A DNA stretch of 19,362 nucleotides from a virus (taxonomy: Duplodnaviria; Heunggongvirae; Uroviricota; Caudoviricetes), in the IMG/VR virus record IMGVR_UViG_2695420739_000013, positions 1-19,362 of that record. One strand, written 5' to 3'. Position 1 is the first letter of the stretch, and every line of letters begins with the position of its first letter. The translations under genes were made by a program, and so were the position numbers. The notes beneath the pieces are model-generated. The model made no database searches. It was not told the DNA's origin and was given only the letters and a program-made list of their open reading frames with translations. This document shows, one piece after another, positions 1 to 8,367 of the stretch.

Positions 1-24
1 CTTGCAGTTGCCAGACCGCAAGGT

Positions 25-119
25 GTTTTAACAAATCAAAAGGGGTTTTAATAACTGGCTCAAAGCTGAAAGCTTTCCGGAACCCCCAGCCTAGCTGGGG
101 GTTTTCTGTGCACAAAAAA
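25..119. repeat. Left copy of a 95-bp perfect inverted repeat; partner at 19268-19362. Contains an 8-bp-stem palindrome (83-101) followed by TTTT, and the last codons plus a tandem TAATAA stop of a plus-strand ORF entering from the left edge.
   Basis: Seen in sequence: the reverse complement of 19268-19362 is identical to 25-119; the match breaks at position 120 (C versus a 7th A). Confidence 0.85.
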
Positions 120-140
120 CGGGCGGTAATACCACCGCCC
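113..140 (-). terminator. Rho-independent terminator downstream of potD
   Basis: Seen in sequence: hairpin GGGCGGT-aatacc-ACCGCCC at 121-140, followed on the minus strand by a U-run (A-run 114-119 on plus), 11 bp after the potD stop. Confidence 0.6.
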
Positions 141-150
141 GCTTGCTGAA

Positions 151-1197
151 TTAACGTCCTGCTTTCAGCTTCTGATAATACTCTTCATAAATGCTGCTGG
201 CGGAGCCTACGTCATTCTGCCATTCACCATTTTTAATGGTTTCAGCATCCGGGTAGAGCGTTTTATCGTTCGCCACTTCCGGACTTAACAGCTTGCGCGC
301 CGCAAGGTTTGGCGTTGGATAACCGATAGTTTCAGCAACCTGTTTTGCCACATCCGGGCGCAGCAGGAAGTTGATCAATTTCAGTGCGCCTTCTTTGTTT
401 TTGGCATTTGCCGGGATCGCCAGGCTGTCCATCCAGAAAATGCCGCCTTCTTTCGGCCATACCACATCAATTGGCGTACCCGCCTGGCGTGCAACGAAAG
501 CAGAACCGTTCCAGATCATGCCGAGGTTAACTTCGCCTTCCATATACGGGTTAGCGGGGTTATCGGAGTTAAACGCCGCGACGTTTGGCATCAGTTTTTT
601 CAGCTCGTTGTATGCAGCTTCAATCTCTTTCGGATCGGTGGTGTTACCGGAGTAGCCCAGCTTACGCAGCGCCATCTGGAACACTTCTCGGGCATCGTCG
701 GTCAGCAGCAGGCTGCCTTTGTACTCAGGCTTCCACAGATCGGCCCAGCTGGTGACAGATTTCGGATCCACCGCATCACCGTTAACGCCAATCGCCGTTG
801 CACCCCAGATATACGGAATGGAATAGTCGTTATTCGGGTCAAACGGCTTGTTGAGCATGTCTGGATCGAGGTTGCTGAAATTGCTTAACTTCGACTTGTC
901 GATCTTCTGGATCATCCCTTCTTTACGCATTTTATCGACGTAATAGGTTGAAGGAACCACCAGGTCATAGGCACCGTCTTTGTACGTTTTCAGCTTCGCG
1001 TACATGGTTTCGTTCGACTCGTAAGTCGAATAGATAACCTTAATACCGGTTTCTTTGGTGAACTGTTCAAGCAGTCCTGGCGGCACGTACTCGGTCCAGT
1101 TGTAGAAATACAGCGTGTTGTTGTCATCGGCGTGAGCGGCGCTCATACCCAGTGCCAGAGCACCCGCCGCGAGCAGGTGGCGTGACCATTTTTTCAT
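151..1197 (-). CDS. potD: Spermidine/putrescine ABC transporter periplasmic substrate-binding protein PotD
   Basis: 348-aa ORF with an N-terminal signal peptide (MKKWSRHLLAAGALALGMSAAHA). I recognise the sequence as E. coli PotD (established knowledge). Its start overlaps the potC stop by 4 bp (ATGA). Confidence 0.95.
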   Translation of the reverse strand: MKKWSRHLLAAGALALGMSAAHADDNNTLYFYNWTEYVPPGLLEQFTKETGIKVIYSTYESNETMYAKLKTYKDGAYDLVVPSTYYVDKMRKEGMIQKIDKSKLSNFSNLDPDMLNKPFDPNNDYSIPYIWGATAIGVNGDAVDPKSVTSWADLWKPEYKGSLLLTDDAREVFQMALRKLGYSGNTTDPKEIEAAYNELKKLMPNVAAFNSDNPANPYMEGEVNLGMIWNGSAFVARQAGTPIDVVWPKEGGIFWMDSLAIPANAKNKEGALKLINFLLRPDVAKQVAETIGYPTPNLAARKLLSPEVANDKTLYPDAETIKNGEWQNDVGSASSIYEEYYQKLKAGR

Positions 1198-1988
1198 TTA
1201 ACGTCCCCTGTGTTACCTTTCGTTTTATCACGAGCAATAAGCTGGCTGGCAATTACCATCACCAGCGACAGCACCAGTAATATGGTTGCCAGCGCGTTAA
1301 CTTCCGGCGATACGCCGACTTTGACCATCGAATAAATTTTTAACGGCAGAATTTCATAACTCGGCCCGGTGACAAACGAAGAAACCACCACGTCGTCCAT
1401 CGACAGGGTAAAGCTTAACACCCAGCCCGCCGCTACCGCTGGCATTGCCAGAGGCAGAATGATTTTTCGCAGAATGGTAAATTCGCTGGCACCGAGATCT
1501 TTCGCCGCTTCCAGCATTCGCACGTCAAAACCTTTCAGGCGCGAATACACCGTCACCACCACAAACGGCAGGCAGAAGGTGATATGCGAGAACAGCAGCG
1601 ACCAGAAGCCAAGCTGAATACCCAGCAGCATAAACAGCACCAGCAGAGAAATCGCCATCACGATATCTGGCGACATCATCACCACAAACAGCATTCCGCT
1701 AACGAACGGCTTACCACGAAAGCGATAGCGGTACAGCGCAACTGCCGTCAGTGAACCGATAAGCGTGGCAAACGTCGCCGAAAACACCGCCATCGTCAGT
1801 GAATGCTGCGCTGCCTGTAACAGGCTGTCGTTGTTCATCAGCAGGCTATACCATTTGGTGGTAAAACCCTGCCAGTTGATGCCAAAGCGCGAGCTGTTAA
1901 AGGAGTTCACAATCAAAATAATGATTGGGATATACAGGTACGCGTAGATAGCGGTCATAAAACCGCCGCGAAGCAGTCGACCGATCAT
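1194..1988 (-). CDS. potC: Spermidine/putrescine ABC transporter permease PotC
   Basis: 264-aa hydrophobic multi-pass ORF, recognised as E. coli PotC. Translationally coupled to potD, and its ATG overlaps the stop of the upstream potB-frame ORF. Confidence 0.95.
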   Translation of the reverse strand: MIGRLLRGGFMTAIYAYLYIPIIILIVNSFNSSRFGINWQGFTTKWYSLLMNNDSLLQAAQHSLTMAVFSATFATLIGSLTAVALYRYRFRGKPFVSGMLFVVMMSPDIVMAISLLVLFMLLGIQLGFWSLLFSHITFCLPFVVVTVYSRLKGFDVRMLEAAKDLGASEFTILRKIILPLAMPAVAAGWVLSFTLSMDDVVVSSFVTGPSYEILPLKIYSMVKVGVSPEVNALATILLVLSLVMVIASQLIARDKTKGNTGDVK

Positions 1989-2149
1989 TCGAGTTCCACC
2001 TTCTTATTCATAAGGCGGGGTACTTTCAGGATTTTGAATTTATTCAATTTTTTCCTTTCTCCAAAATCTCTCCAAAACTTTTCCCCAAAACAAGGCCACG
2101 CATTTTACAACACTTTTTTCCTGAGATGGTGACGGATATTCCATATAGT
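1985..2149 (-). pseudogene. potB: Start-less 3'-terminal fragment in the potB frame (ends ...LMNKKVELE*, TGA overlapping the potC ATG); the rest of potB is absent
   Basis: Seen in sequence: an open frame of about 55 codons with no in-frame ATG runs from an upstream stop to the TGA in ATGA at 1985-1988. The integrase gene begins immediately beyond it. That this marks a phage attachment site in potB is inference. Confidence 0.35.
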
Positions 2150-2154
2150 GTTTG

Positions 2155-3273
2155 TCAAATAACCAACTTAACCCATTCCTGACCTCGGGTATCGTTATAG
2201 CGATCGGTGGTTGCCTGGACTTTATGTCCTAGTAAGGTTTTTGTATCGATACCCTGTGCACGGTACAGCCGTTCAGATAGAGAGCGTTGTTCATGAAATG
2301 TGGGCGGTGTTTTTCCTGCTGGTGGAATTATTCCAGCCAGATCCCGCGCTTTGGCAAAGTAGTCGCTCAGGTTGTCTTTACTCATCGGCTTTGGTTGTTT
2401 CTGGTGCCGACTATGGATTAGATATGGACTTAATATTCTGTCTCGGCATCCATCAATAACGTCTTTTAACGTTATCCCAATGGCATCACAGCGTAGTGTA
2501 AGCGGTAACGCCAGACGCATTCCGGTTTTTCCCTGGGTGATATGCAAGTGTTCGTTCCACACATCTGAAAAACGCATGTGGCAAATGTCATCACGGCGCT
2601 GACCAGTGACAATCGCAAGAAGCATTGCGTTACGGATAAAGTGTTTTTCCGGCGTTGCGTTGTAAATTTTTTGCCAGTCTTCCAGGGCGAGCCTGGCTCT
2701 GGTTACTTTAGGGATCGGTTTACGGGTAGCCTCCGGAGGATTCCATCCAGGAGGAACTTCCCCTGCATGTTGTGCTTCTTTATAAATATCAACCCATAAT
2801 CCGCGATTTACTCTCGCTGTGCTGACCATGTCTTTATCCAGCCATTCATCCAGTATTAATGCAAAGTCTCTTACTTCCAGGTCTTTCAATGGGTGATTTC
2901 CCAGGCGGGAAACCAGGTATGCAGCCATTCGAGTTTTTTCTTTGTGAGTTGTAGCTGCAATATCTCCATTTTTCAGTCGCGTGTCCTGTATTTTCAGATA
3001 TCGATCAACCCACGCCTTTAATCTGATACCCCGACGTTTTGTTGCTGACGGACTTTCATCAATTTTGCGCATGAAATATTCAGCTTCTGCTGCAGCTATC
3101 CGCTGATTGGCTGTGGAAGCGATTTTTTCTGCCTTACCTTTGTCTGTTCCGAGTCCGTGAAATTTTCCAGTCACAGGATTTTTATACTGGTAGTAAACTC
3201 TGCCAGTTCTGCGATCAAACTTTTCGTAAAGACCGGCTACGTCAGTGCTGTTTTTTCGTGGCCTCGGTGACAT
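2155..3273 (-). CDS. int: Lambda-family tyrosine integrase
   Basis: 372 aa. C-terminal catalytic region (..LAIVTGQRRDDICHMRFSDV.., ..PPTFHEQRSLSERLY.., ..TTDRYNDTRGQEWVKLVI) lines up with lambda Int including the catalytic Tyr context (established family knowledge). Sits next to the host junction. Confidence 0.9.
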   Translation of the reverse strand: MSPRPRKNSTDVAGLYEKFDRRTGRVYYQYKNPVTGKFHGLGTDKGKAEKIASTANQRIAAAEAEYFMRKIDESPSATKRRGIRLKAWVDRYLKIQDTRLKNGDIAATTHKEKTRMAAYLVSRLGNHPLKDLEVRDFALILDEWLDKDMVSTARVNRGLWVDIYKEAQHAGEVPPGWNPPEATRKPIPKVTRARLALEDWQKIYNATPEKHFIRNAMLLAIVTGQRRDDICHMRFSDVWNEHLHITQGKTGMRLALPLTLRCDAIGITLKDVIDGCRDRILSPYLIHSRHQKQPKPMSKDNLSDYFAKARDLAGIIPPAGKTPPTFHEQRSLSERLYRAQGIDTKTLLGHKVQATTDRYNDTRGQEWVKLVI

Positions 3274-3520
3274 GAGTTAAAATCTCCTTCAGTGCATCAT
3301 CATCGCCAGTATGAATTTCCGGCGCAATTCCCGTTTCACCAGGCCCAACAAATACTGCTCGGCGATCTATCAGCCAACGCCCACGAATTTTTTGTGGTCT
3401 TGGAACGATGTATCCTAGTTTTCCGTATTTCACCAGGGTAGTGTTTGTTATTGGGAGACTGAACCGTTTTGGTTTCCACTCGTCGAGCGTTATCAGGTAC
3501 TGTTCGCTCATGGCTATCAC
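3242..3520 (-). CDS. xis: Excisionase (Xis-like); true start probably the internal Met at 3511
   Basis: Small basic ORF directly upstream of int and overlapping its start. YLITLDEW...RGRWLIDRRAV resembles lambda Xis (YLTLQEW...VRRWVRE). Confidence 0.75.
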   Translation of the reverse strand: MIAMSEQYLITLDEWKPKRFSLPITNTTLVKYGKLGYIVPRPQKIRGRWLIDRRAVFVGPGETGIAPEIHTGDDDALKEILTHVTEATKKQH

Positions 3521-3572
3521 TCCGGAACGCGCCAGTTGCAGAATATCAACGACAACTGGCGACGGTTGAACA

Positions 3573-6047
3573 TTAAAAATCAGCCTGACTCGGGATCAGT
3601 TTTTGCCAGATAACTGAAACGTATTTTGCCTGGTAACGGGCGTCATCAAGTGCATTATGGCGCTCACCTTCGAATGGAATAGCCGTTCTGGCATCGAAGT
3701 CTATGGCTTTCCCCAGCTCAACGATTGTGCGTACATCGCGATCGTTGTAGTAACGCCACGGGGAGGGGATCCCCTGCCGTTCGTATGAACGGCGCAAAAT
3801 CGTGTTGTCGAAGTTGGCTCCATTTCCCCAGACCTGAACAAAAAATTCACCGGAGTTTTCGTCGATAAATTCCCGCAATTGTAACAGTGCATCATCTAAC
3901 GGGATTTCATCGGTCATAATGGCAGATTGCGCTTCGCGTGATTGCTTAAGCCACCATTTAATGGTGTCCCGATCAATGACTCCGCCAGCAGTTTCCAGAT
4001 CGATAGTCTTACTAAATTCCGGTCCCATATCTCCGGTTTGCGGATCGAAAAATATTGCACCTATTGAGATGATCGGGGCATCAGGATTTTTTCCCATGGT
4101 TTCAAGGTCGATCATTAGATGGTCACACGTCCTGCTGGTGGATGTGATAACGTGATGACCGTTCACCTTAATTGAGTGATCTGCCGTCTCGCCAGTTTCA
4201 CTATCGCTGGCGTGGTCCTGAGCGCTGCCAGCATTCTCCTTGTGTGGATGTTCAGCGCCTTCCATTTTCTCCGAATCGTCTTCCTGAACTTCAACCTGGT
4301 TCTTGTCATCGAATGTTTCCTGGTATGTTGCGTCGCCCATCACCGCGCCACAATCAGGGCAGTTGCCGCCGCCGGTCTGACCGCAGGCGGTGCAGATTTT
4401 TTCCGGTTCCTGTTGCGCTACTGGTTCAGGTTGTTTCGTTTCTGGCTCGTTTTGTAACGCATTTGGGCTGTTTTGTTCCGCTTTCTGGCCGTTCTGTTCC
4501 GTTTCTTGCTGGTTCTGATTCACTGAATCGCGGGTTTCAATCCCCTTCACCCATTTCGGATCATTCGGGTCGCTAATCCCTGCAACAAATTCACCACGTG
4601 ATACAGCAAGCAACTTATTGGCGTCAGGCTGGCTGATATTGGCTGCCTGCATAATTTTGTTTACTTCGTCAGCGGTAACTTTTACCGGCTCTGGTTGTGC
4701 GATCGTGTCAGATGCACCAGTATTTTGTTGTGAACCTGAGTACGTGCCGTTTTTACGTGCGAAGTATTCCTCTTTTGTGATTTCCGTAGCTCCCAGGGCC
4801 AGTGCTTTTTCCAGACCAGAAAGTTTGTTTGCGCGACCGTATTTTTCGCCGTCCTTATCAGTGAAAAGGAAGTAGAACGGTCCCTCACGCTCTACAGATG
4901 GTTCGTCTTCCACTTCGCATTCGGTTTTTTCGTTGTCCGGCATTGCCGTTTCCACTGCATCAGTTTCTGGTACTGGTGACGGGAGAGTACCAGCTGTGCC
5001 CTGATTTGTTCCTTCGTCATCTTCAAACACGCCCTTGGTAGTCAGGTATTCAGTGATGTATTTGTTCAGTGCTACGGGATCTTTGTGAATGTCGATCGGA
5101 CGCTCACGGACAAGGCCAAAAATAGTCTGACGGTCGTAGCGAACGGCATCGGGTTGTTTGCGCATTGATGCGGAAATGCGCTTCCAGTCTTCGCGATCTT
5201 TGTCGATAACTTCATTTTTTGCCCAGCGATGGATGCTGCCGTCAATGTTTCCGGTATCAATATCGCCAGGCCAGAGAGCGTAGGCCAGTTCTTCATCCAG
5301 CGTTTTCCATGTCTGCTTGTATTCGCGACAAATGGCGGCAGTGACTGGGTTGATTTTTCCTGCTGAGTTTTCAGTGTTCTGTTGATTGACTCTGGCGCTG
5401 GCGAGATCAACAACAGACGTGTATTTTCCAGTCTCTTTGCGCTCTGCGTCCTGCCGTTTTTTCCAGTTACGTAATTCAGCCTGAATTTCGGGCCATTTGG
5501 CACCCGGATTACATTTGTGTTTAACCCATCCGATAGCGAACAGTTTGCGTTCCGGATACATAGCGTTAATTTCAGGCGTTTTCATCAGTGCTTCAACGAT
5601 ATGCCCGTCAAAGGTAGCAACGTCTTCCTGCAGTAATTCCTGCGCGTCAATCGCCATATCAACGGTGATGTTTTCACATGTACCGAACTTAACCAGGACC
5701 GCGTTCTGTACTTCAAGGGACAGCTTGTCAAAATTGACGTTCATCGGATCGGATTCTGGTTCGACCGGAATAAAGGAAGCGGATTCCTCATCCCAGCGGT
5801 TTTCCTGCATATATTCAGCATCCCAGGAATCGAGGGCAGGGCGGGGTATACCGGGTTTATCCTCGCAAACAAGAAATTTATAAGCGCAGTCCTGAGCAGC
5901 CGGATAATGTTCCAGGAATTGCCAGTGAAATTTTGCGCGGGCGCGACGTTCATCACCGGCTTCAATGGCAGTGGCTACAGCGACGGCACCTTCTTCCTTT
6001 ATTGCCTGTTCATCAGGAATAGCAGCGCAAATAAAGACCTTACTCAT
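3573..6047 (-). CDS. Large phage exonuclease with a C-terminal DEDDh 3'-5' exonuclease domain (the type often annotated exodeoxyribonuclease VIII-like in E. coli prophages)
   Basis: 824 aa. The C-terminus carries DnaQ-like Exo I (MIDLETMG), Exo II (GNGANFDNTIL) and Exo III (HNALDDARYQ) motifs. A central Cys4 zinc ribbon (CTACGQ...CPDCG) and an acidic/Gln-rich linker are visible. Confidence 0.8.
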   Translation of the reverse strand: MSKVFICAAIPDEQAIKEEGAVAVATAIEAGDERRARAKFHWQFLEHYPAAQDCAYKFLVCEDKPGIPRPALDSWDAEYMQENRWDEESASFIPVEPESDPMNVNFDKLSLEVQNAVLVKFGTCENITVDMAIDAQELLQEDVATFDGHIVEALMKTPEINAMYPERKLFAIGWVKHKCNPGAKWPEIQAELRNWKKRQDAERKETGKYTSVVDLASARVNQQNTENSAGKINPVTAAICREYKQTWKTLDEELAYALWPGDIDTGNIDGSIHRWAKNEVIDKDREDWKRISASMRKQPDAVRYDRQTIFGLVRERPIDIHKDPVALNKYITEYLTTKGVFEDDEGTNQGTAGTLPSPVPETDAVETAMPDNEKTECEVEDEPSVEREGPFYFLFTDKDGEKYGRANKLSGLEKALALGATEITKEEYFARKNGTYSGSQQNTGASDTIAQPEPVKVTADEVNKIMQAANISQPDANKLLAVSRGEFVAGISDPNDPKWVKGIETRDSVNQNQQETEQNGQKAEQNSPNALQNEPETKQPEPVAQQEPEKICTACGQTGGGNCPDCGAVMGDATYQETFDDKNQVEVQEDDSEKMEGAEHPHKENAGSAQDHASDSETGETADHSIKVNGHHVITSTSRTCDHLMIDLETMGKNPDAPIISIGAIFFDPQTGDMGPEFSKTIDLETAGGVIDRDTIKWWLKQSREAQSAIMTDEIPLDDALLQLREFIDENSGEFFVQVWGNGANFDNTILRRSYERQGIPSPWRYYNDRDVRTIVELGKAIDFDARTAIPFEGERHNALDDARYQAKYVSVIWQKLIPSQADF

Positions 6048-6142
6048 TTTGTTTTAACCTCATTACAGATTTCAGGGTGAACGAATCCCTGCCATTGCTG
6101 GCATTTTTAATCCGTTGGTATGGTGTTAATATGGCTGGAGGG

Positions 6143-6331
6143 TTATCCAGCCGGTGTTTCGTTATTCAGGTACAGCGATACTTTTTTTACCGGGAGGCAT
6201 TCACCAGAAATTTTTTGCTCGTCTCTTGCCTGGAGGCAGGATTCTTTACTGGCATAAATTCTGGTAATCACATTCTGTGATTCACCCGTTATAAGAAAAA
6301 CCGTCATCATCAGTGCAAATGCTGAAGTCAT
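6143..6331 (-). CDS. Small protein translationally coupled downstream of dicB (YdfD-like by position)
   Basis: 62-aa ORF whose ATG overlaps the dicB stop (ATGA). The YdfD assignment is by synteny with the K-12 Qin dicB operon only; the sequence itself was not recognised with confidence. Confidence 0.45.
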   Translation of the reverse strand: MTSAFALMMTVFLITGESQNVITRIYASKESCLQARDEQKISGECLPVKKVSLYLNNETPAG

Positions 6332-6516
6332 TGACGTTCTCCGAAAATACCAAGTTCAAGAAGAGCAATTCGGGAAAGTATGGAATTATCATTGAGCAGA
6401 TAAGGCTCATATTTCCTCATATTAATGGCATCTTCAGTAAACTCCCGGTTACTGAGCAGAACACCAATATCAAAACAACCTTCAGACGTATTAACGTTTG
6501 GTAATAACGTTTCCAT
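6328..6516 (-). CDS. dicB: Cell division inhibitor DicB (MinC-activating)
   Basis: Internal Met of the 97-aa track ORF gives 62 aa, METLLPNVNTSEGCFDIGVLLSNREFTEDAINMRK..., matching my recollection of K-12 DicB (MKTLLPNVNTSEGCFEIGV...). GAGGA Shine-Dalgarno 7 nt upstream. Lies directly downstream of dicF. Confidence 0.75.
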   Translation of the reverse strand: METLLPNVNTSEGCFDIGVLLSNREFTEDAINMRKYEPYLLNDNSILSRIALLELGIFGERQ

Positions 6517-6534
6517 TATCGCGTCCTCAACAAT

Positions 6535-6680
6535 GAATTTTGTGATGCGGTGCCTGGTGCCTCCAGGTGACGTTAACCAGTTAACAATTAACGCCGGATA
6601 CAGAGAATCCACCCATAACACTGTTTTTGGTTTTAACTGTTCCGCGTGCGCTCAGCCGCATTCACCGCATCACAAAATTC
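6535..6680. repeat. 18-19-bp perfect inverted repeat (6535-6552 GAATTTTGTGATGCGGTG / 6663-6680 CACCGCATCACAAAATTC) enclosing ~110 bp between dicF and dicB
   Basis: Seen in sequence. In the minus-strand dicB-operon transcript the arms would form a long-range stem immediately 3' of dicF. Confidence 0.6.
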
Positions 6681-6687
6681 ACTTTAA

Positions 6688-6743
6688 AAACGGCGGCAGA
6701 GCAGTCACGGAGTAAAACTGATACCGCCAAACGTCACCAGAAA
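6688..6743 (-). ncRNA. dicF: DicF small RNA (ftsZ-repressing sRNA of the dicB operon)
   Basis: The minus-strand sequence UUUCUGGUGACGUUUGGCGGUAUCAGUUUUACUCCGUGACUGCUCUGCCGCCG followed by U-run matches the K-12 DicF sequence as I recall it, differing at about one position. Confidence 0.75.
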
Positions 6744-7019
6744 ATTGATAACAGAGGGCGTTGCAGCGGGGTTGTCACTTAAGCGTATGGTCAACCTGAC
6801 AACCCGGTGTCCTCAACGGGGGAAGGAATAACCCCGCCATACTTACCGCCGCGCCATTTCGCGGGTTGCCACAACCGGAAGCGCACGGTCGAATTAAATT
6901 TAACGACACCGTACAGTGAGACGAACTTCGCCGTGCGCTTTCGTGTTGTGTGCCTGCTTTTAACCACGTCAGGCGAGGTGGTATCCTTCTTATCCCGAAT
7001 AACCAAGAAGGAAATCTAT

Positions 7020-7220
7020 ATGACTAAAGAAGAATTTGTCTCTTATATTTTTGATAAAACGGTTGAAATGTATGCCGCTACTTACGGGTCCTGTAATCCT
7101 CTGAATAAACCAGAGGGGAAAGATGATTTCGACAAAATTTACCGCTTCTTGGAGGACCGCTATATCAAAAGGTTAGAGGACGCAGGGATCAAATCCCCAG
7201 TGAAGTCACCATTGTCCTGA
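7020..7220 (+). CDS. Hypothetical small protein (66 aa), antisense to the dicB-operon direction
   Basis: ATG preceded by AAGGAAA 8 nt upstream; protein-like composition. It is convergent with, and overlaps by 32 bp, the 3' end of the minus-strand ORF 7189-7566, so only one of the two may be real. Confidence 0.3.
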   Translation: MTKEEFVSYIFDKTVEMYAATYGSCNPLNKPEGKDDFDKIYRFLEDRYIKRLEDAGIKSPVKSPLS

Positions 7221-7566
7221 GAACTTGCAGGACGTCATGATCGTAACTTCCATCCAAACCGCGACGGCAAATTGCTTCTCGTATTACCGGAAGCAGTTCG
7301 CTGGAAATCTCGGTGCATATTTCACCTGATAATACGCTTGGCTCAAGTGAGAATATTGGTGAACTTACGGTCTTGGTCTCGACAGTTTCAGAGTCAGTGC
7401 CAACATTATAAAGCTCAACGAAAGCGGTCTTGATTTTCCGGGCCAGATCTTTTGCTGGCTCGCTTGCAATATCTTTCCCGATTTCTCGCAGCACAGAATG
7501 CAATGTATGAGCTGCTGTTTTCTGTACATCAGACGGTAAATCTTTAAATTCCATCGTCAGCCTCAT
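7189..7566 (-). CDS. Hypothetical prophage early protein (dicB-operon position)
   Basis: 125-aa ORF coupled to the upstream ORF (ATGA overlap). No motif recognised. Confidence 0.5.
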   Translation of the reverse strand: MRLTMEFKDLPSDVQKTAAHTLHSVLREIGKDIASEPAKDLARKIKTAFVELYNVGTDSETVETKTVSSPIFSLEPSVLSGEICTEISSELLPVIREAICRRGLDGSYDHDVLQVLRTMVTSLGI

Positions 7567-7811
7567 CAGTCAGTGTTTCTGGCTAACCAGCAACGCGCGC
7601 CAGATCCGGTTTTAAACGTTTTGCTTTTGGTATATGTCATCGCGGTGAACGTACCGCCCTGGTTGGGGAACACGCCGTACACCAGAGATTCGTTGTTGCC
7701 AAGATCGATAGTATCCATGTTGACCTCATTTCCCCTTAACGCCGGGGTAGCGGAACTGTTTGCTGAGAACACCGTGCGGTGTCTTGATGGATCGTAATTT
7801 AGTTTTCTCAT
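7566..7811 (-). CDS. Hypothetical prophage early protein, first gene downstream of the repressor
   Basis: 81-aa ORF. Its start lies within an operator-like inverted repeat. No motif recognised. Confidence 0.5.
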   Translation of the reverse strand: MRKLNYDPSRHRTVFSANSSATPALRGNEVNMDTIDLGNNESLVYGVFPNQGGTFTAMTYTKSKTFKTGSGARCWLARNTD

Positions 7812-7846
7812 GAATATTGGTCAAGTGCTTTTAATGAGAAAACTCA
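7802..7846. promoter_or_regulatory. Operator-like inverted repeat (AGTTTTCTCA ... TGAGAAAACTCA) in the promoter region between the repressor gene and the early operon
   Basis: Seen in sequence: 10-bp arms 7802-7811 and 7835-7846 share the TGAGAAAACTCA motif also found at 8368-8381. Confidence 0.35.
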
Positions 7847-7909
7847 ATATTTAATGCAAAATAAAGCCAATACATTGAAATGTAAGGCTTTAAAATTTGT
7901 GAAGGGGGG

Positions 7910-8317
7910 TTATTGATGTTTGTTACGTTTGCGAGCTTCTAGTAGCTCGGTGAATAGGCGATTAAAATTCTCAACGCGGGCACGGAGTTCGCTGATTTGT
8001 GCTTGCTGCTCTGATTTTGGAAGTGCGCGATACAATCGCAACATCTCCAACTCATCTTCCGATAAGTCTAAGGCGCTGTTGAGTGCAACTGGTGGATCTG
8101 GTGTTTTATCCTCGTCACCAAACAGTATCCAAGTTGGTGAACATTGCAATACCTCAGCCAGGCGATGCAAATTTTGCCCGCGCGGGGCTGTATGGTCGCT
8201 TTCCCATAGTGAAATTGATGAGCCAGATACGCCAGCAGCTTTGCTTAAATCGTTTTGACTTAAACCAACCTGTTTGCGTCTTTCTCTAATTCGTTGACCT
8301 AAAGTTTTCTCGTTCAT
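7910..8317 (-). CDS. dicA: DicA-like HTH (XRE-family) prophage repressor
   Basis: 135 aa with an N-terminal HTH (GQRIRERRKQVGLSQNDLSKAAGVS). ..LQCSPTWILFGDEDK.. and the C-terminal ..RARVENFNRLFTELL.. closely match my recollection of K-12 DicA. Confidence 0.85.
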   Translation of the reverse strand: MNEKTLGQRIRERRKQVGLSQNDLSKAAGVSGSSISLWESDHTAPRGQNLHRLAEVLQCSPTWILFGDEDKTPDPPVALNSALDLSEDELEMLRLYRALPKSEQQAQISELRARVENFNRLFTELLEARKRNKHQ

Positions 8318-8367
8318 ATTTAGATATCTTAATAACCCTTGACTTGAGATTCCTTGAGTGATTACTA

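Noticed and set aside
371-1947. Plus-strand ORFs (94, 82 and 60 aa) inside potD and potC
   Set aside because: They lie entirely antisense within well-recognised genes, so they are spurious.
2211-2799. Plus-strand ORFs of 73-82 aa within the integrase gene
   Set aside because: Antisense to a confidently identified integrase and lacking ribosome-binding sites.
3701-5965. Several 64-143-aa ORFs on both strands inside the exonuclease gene
   Set aside because: Embedded in or antisense to the 824-aa ORF, which has clear exonuclease motifs; no independent support.
6791-7006. Minus-strand 71-aa ORF (MVIRDKKDTT...) between the early genes and dicF
   Set aside because: No ribosome-binding site and Lys/Arg-rich low-complexity composition. 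It overlaps the hairpin region and looks more like non-coding leader than a gene, though a small YdfB/YdfC-like gene cannot be excluded.
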